A DNA stretch of 64,000 bases. Source: a bacterium (GTDB taxonomy: Bacteria > Zhuqueibacterota > Zhuqueibacteria > Residuimicrobiales > Krinioviventaceae). The notes below the pieces were generated by a model. It worked only from the letters and a program-made list of their open reading frames with translations. It was not told the origin of the DNA and did not search any database. Both the position numbers and the translations under genes were made by a program. This document shows positions 1 to 9,818 of the stretch, piece by piece. Positions within the stretch are counted from its first letter, which is position 1. Each line of letters starts with the position of its first letter. The stretch is from NCBI GenBank assembly GCA_963674595.2, contig CAXXFV010000004.1:1-64000 (forward strand), in the 5' to 3' direction.

Positions 1-1112
1 GGTTTTCCGCACACGGCCGCAATATATCCATCCTCATCCAGCGTTTTCAGGTCCGTTATATTATAGCGGTCGTAATTATAAAAATCTTTATAGTGCGACC
101 TCATCTTTTCGGGATTATTAATTTCCTCTTTAACCTGCGGCATTTCCATGTATCTTACCATCTGATGTTTGGTAAGCCAGGACTTATAAAACCTTTTATC
201 ATCCGTTTCCAGTGAAACCGGGCCGGTACTCATGGTGTATGGAATGATGTTATCGTTCGGGCCAATCAGCTCAATAATTTTTTCACAGGTATTTGTAAAA
301 TCACCCGGTTGATCTGTTAATGAACATTTTATTAAAAGATGAGTATGGTTTTCAGGTATTTTTAAATTTTCAAGATGCAGGATTCGGCATTTCTGCCATT
401 TTGGAAAACCGTTACGCCATTCTATTGATTCACGAAAAGAGACAGGTCCGCTGTATTTTATATAACCATTGTTATATGGGCTCGTCCATATTGAAAGATG
501 TTCCGCCTTAATCCGGGTTGGCATGTCATTGTTTTTAATCAAACGAATAGCTTTAACAGGCCCCCGATATTCATAGGTACCCGGTCTTCGTTTTAAACAC
601 ATTTCCGGATGTTTTGCAGCAAAGGGGCTGGCTAAGGGTTTAATGCCGCGAATATCTTTGAATGCGACAGCACCCTTTGGAAACGGCAATGAGTGCGGTA
701 GCACCGGTCGAAATCCGCATTCTTCAAAGGGTTTTATTAACGCATAAAATTCCAGTCCATGAGCGTGTGCGGAATCAACCGCCTCGGCTAATATATCCAG
801 TCCATAGGGATGATTTTCATGAATAGACCATATAGTATAAATAATCCACTGGTGACGAGTGACTCCCAATTTTACAAGACATTTATGTAAATCATCCAAT
901 TGGGCCCTGTCCATAAAACTGTCATAATAAATAATGTTTCCAACATATTCTGATGTTGCAATCAGTTTTTTATTATCATTTGATTGTGATTTTGCAAACA
1001 CATTGCTGCTGTAAAACGGTTGACAGACTGTACTCAACACAGTAGTTCCGAGTCCGCAAGCAGTGCGGGATAAAAATGATCGTCGAGAAATTTGTCCTGT
1101 TGAATTATTCAT
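1..1112 (-). CDS. Tat-exported protein, possibly glycoside-hydrolase-like (3' end runs off the window)
   Basis: Not in the ORF track. ATG at 1112 reads MNNSTGQISRRSFLSRTACGLG (twin-arginine SRRSFL) and the frame is open to the window edge (~370 codons). LAEAVDSAHAHGLEFYA resembles TIM-barrel GH-like families. Starts 14 bp after the GH127 stop. Confidence 0.8.
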   Translation of the reverse strand, partial: MNNSTGQISRRSFLSRTACGLGTTVLSTVCQPFYSSNVFAKSQSNDNKKLIATSEYVGNIIYYDSFMDRAQLDDLHKCLVKLGVTRHQWIIYTIWSIHENHPYGLDILAEAVDSAHAHGLEFYALIKPFEECGFRPVLPHSLPFPKGAVAFKDIRGIKPLASPFAAKHPEMCLKRRPGTYEYRGPVKAIRLIKNNDMPTRIKAEHLSIWTSPYNNGYIKYSGPVSFRESIEWRNGFPKWQKCRILHLENLKIPENHTHLLIKCSLTDQPGDFTNTCEKIIELIGPNDNIIPYTMSTGPVSLETDDKRFYKSWLTKHQMVRYMEMPQVKEEINNPEKMRSHYKDFYNYDRYNITDLKTLDEDGYIAAVCGK

Positions 1113-1126
1113 AGTTATTTCAAATT

Positions 1127-3070
1127 TTACAGTTCACCAGATTGTTTTATCCACACAACCATCTCACCTTTATTACGATGCGCCCACGCGTAATAGGGAA
1201 CCATCGTCAGGTCCTGATGATCATTAATTTTTGCTTTAACCTGGACTATCCCATTGAGCATATCAGGCATATATTCAGTTGAAAATTTTGTTTCCGCAGG
1301 TAATTGTGAGTTGATTACATTACCATTATTATCCACCCCTTCCGCACAATACATCACAGGTCCGCGTTGTATCGCGACTTTTCCCGCATTCTCAGCAACA
1401 TTGTCATGAGCAATTACACGACGTACCGGCATCGGTAACTCCAGGTCTATATAATCTCCGGTCTTCCATGTTCGATTTATAACGATAAAACCGGATTCGG
1501 TCTTGATATCAACATGTTTATTATTAATCCATAACCTGATTTCGTCTTTAAAAGTATCAGCAAATTTATATAAATCGCCTGGAACAGGTTGATTTTGGGA
1601 CCATCCCGGCATACGAATGTAGACAGCAAATCGGGCCGTGTGCTGCGGTTTAATATTAATCTTTATTTTACCGTCCCATGGATATTTCGTTTTTTGGATA
1701 ATATGAACCATTTGGTTCTTAATTTGAATGTCGGCTTTACTACCGATGAACAGATTAATATAAATAATCTGCTGTTGTTTCGCATAAATATAGCCGGCTA
1801 TTGATGGCATAAAGCGGCACACATTACTGGGACAGCACGCTGTTCCAAACCAGGGCTGTCTCTCGCTTTCAGCAACATCTTGCAGCGGATTTACATAAAA
1901 AAAGCGGTCCCCGGATATTGACACACCGGATAAAAATCCATTATATAAAATACGTTCGAGTATGTCAAGATACTTTGATTCCCCATGTAAAAGGAACATA
2001 CGATGATTCCATAATGCATGACCAACGGCGGCACAGGTTTCACAATAAGCGCTTCTATTGGGAAGGTTATAGGCCTGCCCAAAAGCCTCTCCATCTTTAG
2101 TCGAACCGATTCCGCCTGTGACATACATTTTCGTTTTCACCAAATTGTCCCAAATTCGATCCAATGTTTTGACATAGCTTTTGTTCTTTTTAATCGCTGC
2201 CACATCAGTCATCCCGGCATAAAGATACATTGCACGCACCGCATGTCCGACAGGTTCTGTTTGATTTATTACACGAATATGGTCTTGAGCATAGGTACCG
2301 TATAATGTCTCGCGGGAAGTCGAATCCCCGCGCTGGTTGATAAAAAACTCAGCCAAGTCCAGATAGCGGGGATTTCGTGTAACACGATAAAGTTTGACCA
2401 AACCGATTTCAATTTCCTCATGGCCCGGCACATCTGATCGTTTACCCGGACCAAATTCGCTGACAATTAAATCTGCATTTTTTATGGCCACATCAAGCAA
2501 AGAGAGCCTACCGGTTGCCTGAAAATGGGCAACAGCCGCTTCATACAGATGACCAACATTATAAAGCTCATGGCTGTGTTCCAGATTTTCCCAGCGTGTT
2601 CGACCAATGGCATTTATCTCCCGATCTGTTTTCGTTTTTAGTTCCAGATCAATGCTGCGAACCGTATACAGATAACCATCTGTTTCCTGTGCGGCGGTAA
2701 TTTTACCTATCAAACCATCAAGATAAGCATCCAACTCCTGATTGGGATCAAGATGTAATGAATAGGACGCACCTTCAATTACCTTGAATACATCCGAGTC
2801 ATTATAACGTCGCCCGATGTGTTCTCCTTGCAGAATTCCACCGGCTTTTGCAAAATTATCTATTCTGCCTGTGGTTTCACAGTGTTTTAAGGCAATTGGA
2901 ATTGTCACCGTACGGTTTATATCCATACGTGGTGTCCAAAAATCATCATCCATTTCAACATCTGTAAACAGTACAGGCTGAATTGGATAATCTTGATTTA
3001 AACTTTTATCTGAGCACGCTACAAAAACGATAAATATTAATAAAATGTGAATGTAAGCAATACATTTCAT
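1127..3070 (-). CDS. GH127 beta-L-arabinofuranosidase-like glycoside hydrolase, lipoprotein
   Basis: HELYNVGHLYEAA, GHEEIE, GHAVRAMY, YCETCAA and TACCPSN (Zn-binding and nucleophile Cys) motifs; lipobox VFVAC. Confidence 0.92.
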   Translation of the reverse strand: MKCIAYIHILLIFIVFVACSDKSLNQDYPIQPVLFTDVEMDDDFWTPRMDINRTVTIPIALKHCETTGRIDNFAKAGGILQGEHIGRRYNDSDVFKVIEGASYSLHLDPNQELDAYLDGLIGKITAAQETDGYLYTVRSIDLELKTKTDREINAIGRTRWENLEHSHELYNVGHLYEAAVAHFQATGRLSLLDVAIKNADLIVSEFGPGKRSDVPGHEEIEIGLVKLYRVTRNPRYLDLAEFFINQRGDSTSRETLYGTYAQDHIRVINQTEPVGHAVRAMYLYAGMTDVAAIKKNKSYVKTLDRIWDNLVKTKMYVTGGIGSTKDGEAFGQAYNLPNRSAYCETCAAVGHALWNHRMFLLHGESKYLDILERILYNGFLSGVSISGDRFFYVNPLQDVAESERQPWFGTACCPSNVCRFMPSIAGYIYAKQQQIIYINLFIGSKADIQIKNQMVHIIQKTKYPWDGKIKINIKPQHTARFAVYIRMPGWSQNQPVPGDLYKFADTFKDEIRLWINNKHVDIKTESGFIVINRTWKTGDYIDLELPMPVRRVIAHDNVAENAGKVAIQRGPVMYCAEGVDNNGNVINSQLPAETKFSTEYMPDMLNGIVQVKAKINDHQDLTMVPYYAWAHRNKGEMVVWIKQSGEL

Positions 3071-3092
3071 TTCAGCGATCGACTCCTTGAGC

Positions 3093-4250
3093 TTAACGCT
3101 TTGACAGATACTTTTTATAAAGCAAGTCTAAACTTACACGAGTTACCTGTGTTGTGGCCAACTTTTGACTCTTTCCTTTTTGTGAACCGGCACAATATGC
3201 CAGCAAAATAGTATCACCTGTAAATTCAATGGCCGTATAGCAATACCAGCCATCCGGATCATCCTCTATTGTTTTCGTATTTTCCCATGTTGCGCCGCTA
3301 TTTTTGGAAACGGCAATATTTAAAGGTGTTCTGTTGCCTCCCAATCTTTGGGCATAGTCATAGGTATTGTTCCACACTAAAAGCAAATCATCGGTTGAGG
3401 GTATTCGTTTTATGGAAGCAGGTGAACGGGGTGATTTTATAATTCCAGGCTGAATAACTGACCATAATTCACCATCATCAGTAGAAAAGGATTCGTATTG
3501 AACACCAACATTGGTTCGGCAATACATCATCAATTGTCCATCAGACAATTCAACAACCCCGGGTTCTTGTAAGACAATATGATTCGGGTTTGACACTGGT
3601 TTACTTTGCATCCACGTATGCCCGTTATCATCTGAATAAAAACATACAATGTGGGATAACAAAAGAGATCCCATTTTACACATTTCCGATGTCTTTTGAT
3701 TTTGGACAACAGGAATAATAATTCTGCCGTTTTTTAACTGTACAACCCTGTCATTTATTAACTGATAAAAAGTTGTGTCATTGCTATTGGTACATGAAAC
3801 AGCATTGCCCCAGGTTTCAGTTTCATCATTTGAAATACGCATTTTTATTCCATCATCAGGATAAAACAATGCTATGGAACCATTCTGCAATCGCAGCAAA
3901 TTAACTGTTTTGGTAAAAATGCGGCCATTCGGAGTTGAAATAACAGAATCTTTGTCAGACCATGTTCTTCCGCTGTCAGCAGAAACACGGCTTACCAGAT
4001 AGGCAGGATTTGTTTCCCTTGAACCTTTTGTAAAATACGCATATATGAATAAAAGACGTCCATCGTCGAGCCAAACAAAATCACCTTCGCTATTGCGTTT
4101 GTTACCTTCCTCTGGTGCCAAACGTAATGTCCGCTCAACCTTGAATGTTTCATCAAGTATTGGGTTATCCTGTTTACATGAAATAATCAGGAATACTAAA
4201 AAAACGATAATCCATCTATACCTGACGACAAAATTCATATAACCGCACAT
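3093..4250 (-). CDS. BNR/Asp-box sialidase-family beta-propeller lipoprotein
   Basis: Five Asp boxes (SADSGRTW, SNDETETW, SDDNGHTW, STDDGELW, SKNSGATW), LQEP, RTPL, WYCY; lipobox IISC. Start may be the ATG at 4238. Confidence 0.85.
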   Translation of the reverse strand: MCGYMNFVVRYRWIIVFLVFLIISCKQDNPILDETFKVERTLRLAPEEGNKRNSEGDFVWLDDGRLLFIYAYFTKGSRETNPAYLVSRVSADSGRTWSDKDSVISTPNGRIFTKTVNLLRLQNGSIALFYPDDGIKMRISNDETETWGNAVSCTNSNDTTFYQLINDRVVQLKNGRIIIPVVQNQKTSEMCKMGSLLLSHIVCFYSDDNGHTWMQSKPVSNPNHIVLQEPGVVELSDGQLMMYCRTNVGVQYESFSTDDGELWSVIQPGIIKSPRSPASIKRIPSTDDLLLVWNNTYDYAQRLGGNRTPLNIAVSKNSGATWENTKTIEDDPDGWYCYTAIEFTGDTILLAYCAGSQKGKSQKLATTQVTRVSLDLLYKKYLSKR

Positions 4251-4600
4251 CCTCTTTTATTAATATCAAATACAAATAATTTTAAATATTGAGTTAGGCT
4301 GTTTTGTCCGATACTGTTTTGTAAGAACAACTTTTATCAAAGGTCATTCATTTTCCTCTCGGTCAACTGATATAATAATCTTCAGATATCGGATTATTAA
4401 TCGCATTGATTAAATGAAAGCCATCATTGATTAGAATTAAACTGATTTTCACATATCTGATTCTATAGGGTATTAAAAAAATCGCAACTCACCCAAATAT
4501 AAAAACAACAATAATTTTCTGCCCACCTGTGGGTCTAAAAACATCTACTATGCGTACAACCCGAATTTAAGTTGGAAATTTTCAAATGAATAAAAAAAGC

Positions 4601-7600
4601 TTATGATGATTTTAAATAATCGGAAGGAAGCTCCCCAAACTGTTTTTTAAAAGCCCTGGCAAAATGTGAAGGATTTTTAAAACCGACTTCATAACTGACT
4701 TGAGAAACAGTCTGACCTGACTGCTTTAAAAGTTTTGCCGCTCTTTTCAGTCTGATGTTGGTTATAAATTCCTGGACAGACATCCCTGTTAAAACTCTAA
4801 CTTTATTATATAAACCTGCACGGCTGACTCCTATTTTTTCTCCAAATACCTGCGGATCAAAATTGGTATCATCCATATGCTCTTCTATAATAGCTATAGC
4901 TCGACTCAAAAATTGTTCATCTACCGAATTGATAGTAATTTCTTTGGGTTGTATATAAATATCTTGCTGAAAGCGTTTCCAAAGTTTCTGCCGCGAATCT
5001 ATAATATTCCGTATTCGCATTTTCAGCTCTTCACTATCAAACGGCTTTGTAATATAATCGATGGCACCTGTTCCAAGTCCTTCCAGCTTGTCGGTTTGAG
5101 TTGTTCGGGCCGTTAAAAGTACAATAGGGATATGACATGTACGTTCATTTTCTCTAACGTTAGCACAAAATTCAATTCCATCCATATTCGGCATCATAAT
5201 GTCGCTAATAACCAGGTCAGGAGCTGTTTTTATAACCTGTTTTAAACCATCTTTACCATCTCCTGCCGTAAAAATTTGATACTCTGATACAAGCTCCGAT
5301 TGGATAAAAGAACGCATATCCACATCATCTTCTATTAACAAAATCTTAATTTTGTTATTATTCGCTGCTTTGTTTAATACATTTCCACTGGTTTGTTCAA
5401 TTTTAACTATTTTAGGTTGATCTAATATTGGTGCATCTTTTATTTTTTGCTTTTGATGAACATTATCTGTTATAACCGGAAATACCAGCTTGAAAACAGA
5501 GCCCTGCCCGGGTGTACTTTTTACACTAATTTCTCCAAAGTGTAATTCAACAAACTCTTTTGTTAATGACAGACCAATACCTGTTCCCCCAATGTTCGAA
5601 ACAGATTTATCATCCACCTGGTAAAATCTATCAAATATTTTATCAATTTTTTCCGGTGGAATCCCGATTCCGCTATCTGTAATTTTTATAACCAAACATT
5701 TGTCAAAGGTCAATTCCCCATTACCTTTTGTATAAATTTGTTTTTCATTTTCACAAAAAATTGTTTCCAACTCAAGCGTAATGGATCCATTTGTCGGTGT
5801 AAATTTACAGGCATTTGATAAAAGATTATATACTATTTTTTCAATTTTATCAGGATCGAAAAACATATACAAAGAAGAAATTTTGCAAACTATTTCAAAT
5901 TTCTGCACTTTGGCTTCAACCATTATCTGAAAACTGGAAAAAATATCATGAATGAACTTGACAATGTCTCCCCAAACTGGTTCAAATTTGGTGTGGCCCG
6001 ATTCCAGTTTTCGAAAATCCATAATTTGATTTACCAACCGCATTAATCGATTGCAATTTCTCTGGAGTAATATCATGGGTTGCTGCCAGGCGCTCTCTGT
6101 TTCTATCGAGCTTGCCATTTTATTCACACTGCCCACGATCAACGTCAAGGGGGTGCGAAGTTCATGTGAAATATTGGTAAATAATCTCTCTTTTGCTTCA
6201 GACAGTTCACGAATAATTTTATTTCGATGAAGCAGGTGAAAGATAAAAAAGGCTATGGTGGAAATAAAAAGTAAAAGAAATCCTAAAAATAAGGGCTGCT
6301 TCCATAAAGGAGGAATGACATAAAAAGAAACAGTAGCCGGCTGCGGATCGACATTTATGTCCAAATCCCGGGCCTTTACCTGAAATGTATGATATCCGCT
6401 GTTGACCTTGAAAAAAATATGTTTTTTTTCGATTGTAAAGGGTGACCAGTCATTATCATCCAAATGATATGAAAAACTAAGCATCTTGTCGGGCGTTATC
6501 CGCCAGGGGTCCTGTGCGGCCCATGACAATATAACATTACCGGGCTGCGAAATACGTTCTTGTGAGAAAGTAATGATTGTTTTCGGGGGATTTCTGTCCG
6601 GCTGATACCTGACAGAAATTAATTTATCACGATTATCAGCATCCAGCTTTTTCCCGGACAACGTTCTGCCAAGCCAACGGCCGGGAATGGTATTAAACCA
6701 AAGTGAACCATCTTTTGTCGAACGAATGAAAAATCGCGTATTCCTTATTTTAAAATCATTAAAAAATTCATTTTCGGTCCACACCTGTCCGTCAAAATAA
6801 CAAACATTACGGTCCGTAGCCACCCATACGCTTGTGTCTGATTTTGCATGGATGTGGATTATCGTATTACTGGATAATCCATCATTTGTCGTAAAATGAG
6901 TCCATTTTCCCGTACTAAATTGAAAATAGAATACCCCGTCTGTTCGAGTTCCAATCCAGAGATTACCGGCCGGAGATGATGATATACAATCGATATAACT
7001 GTCATCATATCCTGTTTGTTTTAAATTCCTGTTCCATTGTTTATTTTTATCATTATAGTAAAACAACGAATTTGCACCGACCCAAATAGTGCTATCTGTT
7101 GTTTGACCAATGCCGTATATGGCACTTAGATCAAATTCATTATTGAAATAATGATACTCTACTTTTTCATTCCGGTAAATTGAAGGTTTTACATGACGAA
7201 CAAGCCCCCCAAGCTGCCCTTTTTCAGCGATCAAATCTACACATGATCCAAACCACAATGAACCATCCAGTGCTTCCAAAACAGCGCGGGGATCGATACT
7301 CCACGACAATTTTGGATATGTTTTAATGACCCATTTATCTGAATCTTTATTTAAAAATGCTGTTGCAGCAACCTGGTTATGGCTTCCTGCCGCCCAGACC
7401 TGCCCACATTTAGTGACTAAAACCACAACCGGCGCATTGATCAATCCATCGCTTGTGTCATAACGTATCCAGTTCTGCATTGATGAATCGGATTTTACAA
7501 CAGCTCCATCGTGGGCCAGAAACCATTTATTACCATTTTTATCTTCCGCCTGAAAATTAATCCCCTGAAATGTGGCCCATCTTTTTTTAGATAAATCAAC

Positions 7601-8656
7601 CCGCCATACATTATTCCCCAGTCCGATTATCCATAAATTATTGTCTGACGTTTCATATAAATACCAGCGATTTGGAGGAAGTGACAGATCAGGTTTTGTA
7701 TACTTTTGCCACTGGTTCTCATTATAAGCAAAGATACCGCCACTAATGCCCACCAGAATAGTACCATCACTCAGCTTAACAATATCCGAATGAATATCAC
7801 TTCGGCCATACATTTTATAAAGTTGGAATTCACTCCAGTGTCTTCCATCATATATATTTATCCCTTTTCCTATTTCACCGCTGACAATAAATATTTTCCC
7901 CTGGTTATCTTTCTGGATTAAAGGGGATCGTGCTCTAACATATCCAGTATGTGTATCAATTCGCCGCCACCCCGGCAAAAAAGTCATATCTTTATAAAAA
8001 TGACATTGAAAAATCCGGCCATCCCGTAAACCCAGCAAAAGTTTACCGGGTTCTTCCTCAAAAATACTAAAAACATTAAATTCCGGCAGGTTTAGCACTT
8101 TAACAACATCATCAGGTTTTTGATTTATATCTGGAAAGGTATCTCCTTCACGGTATAATGTAACAGCACCGTTTTTTACACGTAAAATACCATTATGGGT
8201 CCCTATCCAGATACTCTTGTCCATACCCTCTATAATGGGAAACCTGTTGTTCGGAAAATCATATTTATCCCCTAATAAAAAGCGGGTGTTAAACGGCGCC
8301 CATTCCCCATTTTTAAAACGGCTTATACCATCACATGTTCCGACCCAGATAGTCCCGTCTGTTGCGGCACAAATGGCAATCACCGGAATTTCAGTAGAAT
8401 CATTATTAAACGGATAAAAATCCCAATGAATACCATTATATCGCTGAACCCCGCCGGTGAGCCCAAACCATAGAGATCCATTCCTGTCTTCAACCATACA
8501 CCGACAACCCTTCCCGTTTAATTCCGGGAATTCCTGCCATCGCCAGGGTTCAGAAAAAGGGTCTCTATATTGAGGAAAATATTCCTGAGCACCAAATACA
8601 ATCTGAAAAGTCAGCAAAACAATAAAAAATGAAATGTATTTTTTTCTTTGCATCAA
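4601..8656 (-). CDS. Hybrid two-component system (beta-propeller sensor, Y_Y_Y, TM, HisKA, HATPase, REC, AraC HTH)
   Basis: Repeated LWFG/LWIGT propeller blades, SHELRTPLT H-box, NLLSNA N-box, DSGIG and GTGIGL G-boxes, DIMMP receiver, YEVGFKNPSHFARAFKKQFG AraC terminus. Confidence 0.95.
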   Translation of the reverse strand: MMQRKKYISFFIVLLTFQIVFGAQEYFPQYRDPFSEPWRWQEFPELNGKGCRCMVEDRNGSLWFGLTGGVQRYNGIHWDFYPFNNDSTEIPVIAICAATDGTIWVGTCDGISRFKNGEWAPFNTRFLLGDKYDFPNNRFPIIEGMDKSIWIGTHNGILRVKNGAVTLYREGDTFPDINQKPDDVVKVLNLPEFNVFSIFEEEPGKLLLGLRDGRIFQCHFYKDMTFLPGWRRIDTHTGYVRARSPLIQKDNQGKIFIVSGEIGKGINIYDGRHWSEFQLYKMYGRSDIHSDIVKLSDGTILVGISGGIFAYNENQWQKYTKPDLSLPPNRWYLYETSDNNLWIIGLGNNVWRVDLSKKRWATFQGINFQAEDKNGNKWFLAHDGAVVKSDSSMQNWIRYDTSDGLINAPVVVLVTKCGQVWAAGSHNQVAATAFLNKDSDKWVIKTYPKLSWSIDPRAVLEALDGSLWFGSCVDLIAEKGQLGGLVRHVKPSIYRNEKVEYHYFNNEFDLSAIYGIGQTTDSTIWVGANSLFYYNDKNKQWNRNLKQTGYDDSYIDCISSSPAGNLWIGTRTDGVFYFQFSTGKWTHFTTNDGLSSNTIIHIHAKSDTSVWVATDRNVCYFDGQVWTENEFFNDFKIRNTRFFIRSTKDGSLWFNTIPGRWLGRTLSGKKLDADNRDKLISVRYQPDRNPPKTIITFSQERISQPGNVILSWAAQDPWRITPDKMLSFSYHLDDNDWSPFTIEKKHIFFKVNSGYHTFQVKARDLDINVDPQPATVSFYVIPPLWKQPLFLGFLLLFISTIAFFIFHLLHRNKIIRELSEAKERLFTNISHELRTPLTLIVGSVNKMASSIETESAWQQPMILLQRNCNRLMRLVNQIMDFRKLESGHTKFEPVWGDIVKFIHDIFSSFQIMVEAKVQKFEIVCKISSLYMFFDPDKIEKIVYNLLSNACKFTPTNGSITLELETIFCENEKQIYTKGNGELTFDKCLVIKITDSGIGIPPEKIDKIFDRFYQVDDKSVSNIGGTGIGLSLTKEFVELHFGEISVKSTPGQGSVFKLVFPVITDNVHQKQKIKDAPILDQPKIVKIEQTSGNVLNKAANNNKIKILLIEDDVDMRSFIQSELVSEYQIFTAGDGKDGLKQVIKTAPDLVISDIMMPNMDGIEFCANVRENERTCHIPIVLLTARTTQTDKLEGLGTGAIDYITKPFDSEELKMRIRNIIDSRQKLWKRFQQDIYIQPKEITINSVDEQFLSRAIAIIEEHMDDTNFDPQVFGEKIGVSRAGLYNKVRVLTGMSVQEFITNIRLKRAAKLLKQSGQTVSQVSYEVGFKNPSHFARAFKKQFGELPSDYLKSS

Positions 8657-8798
8657 TTCTTCAAATTAATATGAGAATATATTTCATAACAGTTTCTGAT
8701 ATAGAATTAAATAAAATGCATGTGAAAATCAAAGACAAATAAAATATTGAAATAATTTTTTTAAAGGAAGGATTAATTACAACAGATAAACCCCAAAC

Positions 8799-8827
8799 AA
8801 AAATAGCCCTCAAAATTGAGGGCTATT
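8799..8827 (-). terminator. Intrinsic terminator downstream of tRNA-Asp
   Basis: AATAGCCCTCAA/TTGAGGGCTATT inverted repeat followed by a T run on the minus strand. Confidence 0.8.
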
Positions 8828-8846
8828 ATGTATCATTGTTTTTAAT

Positions 8847-8923
8847 TGGCGGGGCCGACGGGACTTGAACCCGCGACCTTCGGCTTGACAGGCCGATGTG
8901 CTAACCATCTGCACCACGACCCC
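8847..8923 (-). tRNA. tRNA-Asp(GTC), CCA encoded
   Basis: GGGGTCGTGGTGCAGATGGTTAGCACATCGGCCT-GTC-AAGCCGAAGGTCGCGGGTTCAAGTCCCGTCGGCCCCGCCA folds as a 77-nt cloverleaf. Confidence 0.97.
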
Positions 8924-8937
8924 AAACAATGGAAAGA

Positions 8938-8966
8938 AATGTAATACTTTTTTAAAATAAAAGCAA
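8938..8966 (-). promoter_or_regulatory. sigma70-type promoter for tRNA-Asp
   Basis: TTGCTT-N17-TACATT ending 14 bp upstream of the tRNA. Confidence 0.6.
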
Positions 8967-9403
8967 GAAATAATTTTCAAATATAATCAAAAGTTAAAAT
9001 TATTTTCATACCCGCATCAAACTTGAACCGTTGGTGCTCAAAACCGGTCCATTCCAACTTGTCTTCCAATATTTCTTTAAAAAGCAAGCCTGTAAAGTTG
9101 GCCTGTTAAACTGCATTAAATAAATTGGTTGTGAATTAAATCAAGATCGACAAATTTAATCCAATTTTTATCCCCGTTAATATAAAAACTTGGTTACTTG
9201 TATAATGACTGATAAGAACCCAAATTTTCCATTAATTATTAATTGAAACGGATAAAGGCACTCGGCAGTTGGCACCTCAACTAAATCCCGGGAAACACGA
9301 ATATCAACACAGCAAGCGCTGTCTATAATAAGTATAATTGAAAAGAATTAAGAGGACCCCATTGTTTAATGTTCCGCACCTTATCGACTAAAAACATATA
9401 AAC

Positions 9404-9435
9404 AAAAAAAAGCCAGTAAATATTTACTGACTTTT
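9404..9435 (-). terminator. Intrinsic terminator after tRNA-Val
   Basis: AAAAGTCAGTAAATATTTACTGGCTTTTTTTT hairpin plus T tract directly after the tRNA. Confidence 0.8.
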
Positions 9436-9436
9436 G

Positions 9437-9511
9437 TGGGCGATACTGGATTCGAACCAGTGACTTCCTGCTTGTAAGGCAGGCGCTCTAAACCAGCTGA
9501 GCTAATCGCCC
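9437..9511 (-). tRNA. tRNA-Val(TAC), CCA not encoded
   Basis: GGGCGATTAGCTCAGCTGGTTTAGAGCGCCTGCCT-TAC-AAGCAGGAAGTCACTGGTTCGAATCCAGTATCGCCCA cloverleaf; followed by CAA rather than CCA. Confidence 0.97.
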
Positions 9512-9516
9512 AATTT

Positions 9517-9735
9517 TTATGATCTCTTTGCTTTCCAAAAGATAGCAACAGGTATGAGAACACAATATCCAAGACCTAAGAGTAAAGGGGCTACAACCAA
9601 AGACCATTTACTATCGGCCGGACCTTGTGCAAGACTGATATATCCCAAAACCAACACAACAATTGCTAAAGCAAAAATCTGATAATTTCGAGACGAAAAA
9701 ACTTTAAACTTTTTTTCTGCAGTCTTTTTATTCAT
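9517..9735 (-). CDS. Small two-TM membrane protein (DUF3098-like)
   Basis: F-x-x-x-NY followed by a TM segment, then VAPLLLGLGY and a second TM; GGAG RBS upstream; co-transcribed with tRNA-Val. Confidence 0.75.
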   Translation of the reverse strand: MNKKTAEKKFKVFSSRNYQIFALAIVVLVLGYISLAQGPADSKWSLVVAPLLLGLGYCVLIPVAIFWKAKRS

Positions 9736-9766
9736 TCCATTAACTCCGGCTAAAACAAAGAGTGAA

Positions 9767-9795
9767 AATATACATAAAAATATTTTTTATGTCAA
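9767..9795 (-). promoter_or_regulatory. sigma70-type promoter for the small membrane protein and tRNA-Val
   Basis: TTGACA-N17-TATATT. Confidence 0.75.
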
Positions 9796-9818
9796 GCTAT
9801 TTTATTTTTCAAATATTA

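Noticed and set aside
9381-9572. 63-aa ORF in the track
   Set aside because: It is a translation across tRNA-Val and its terminator.
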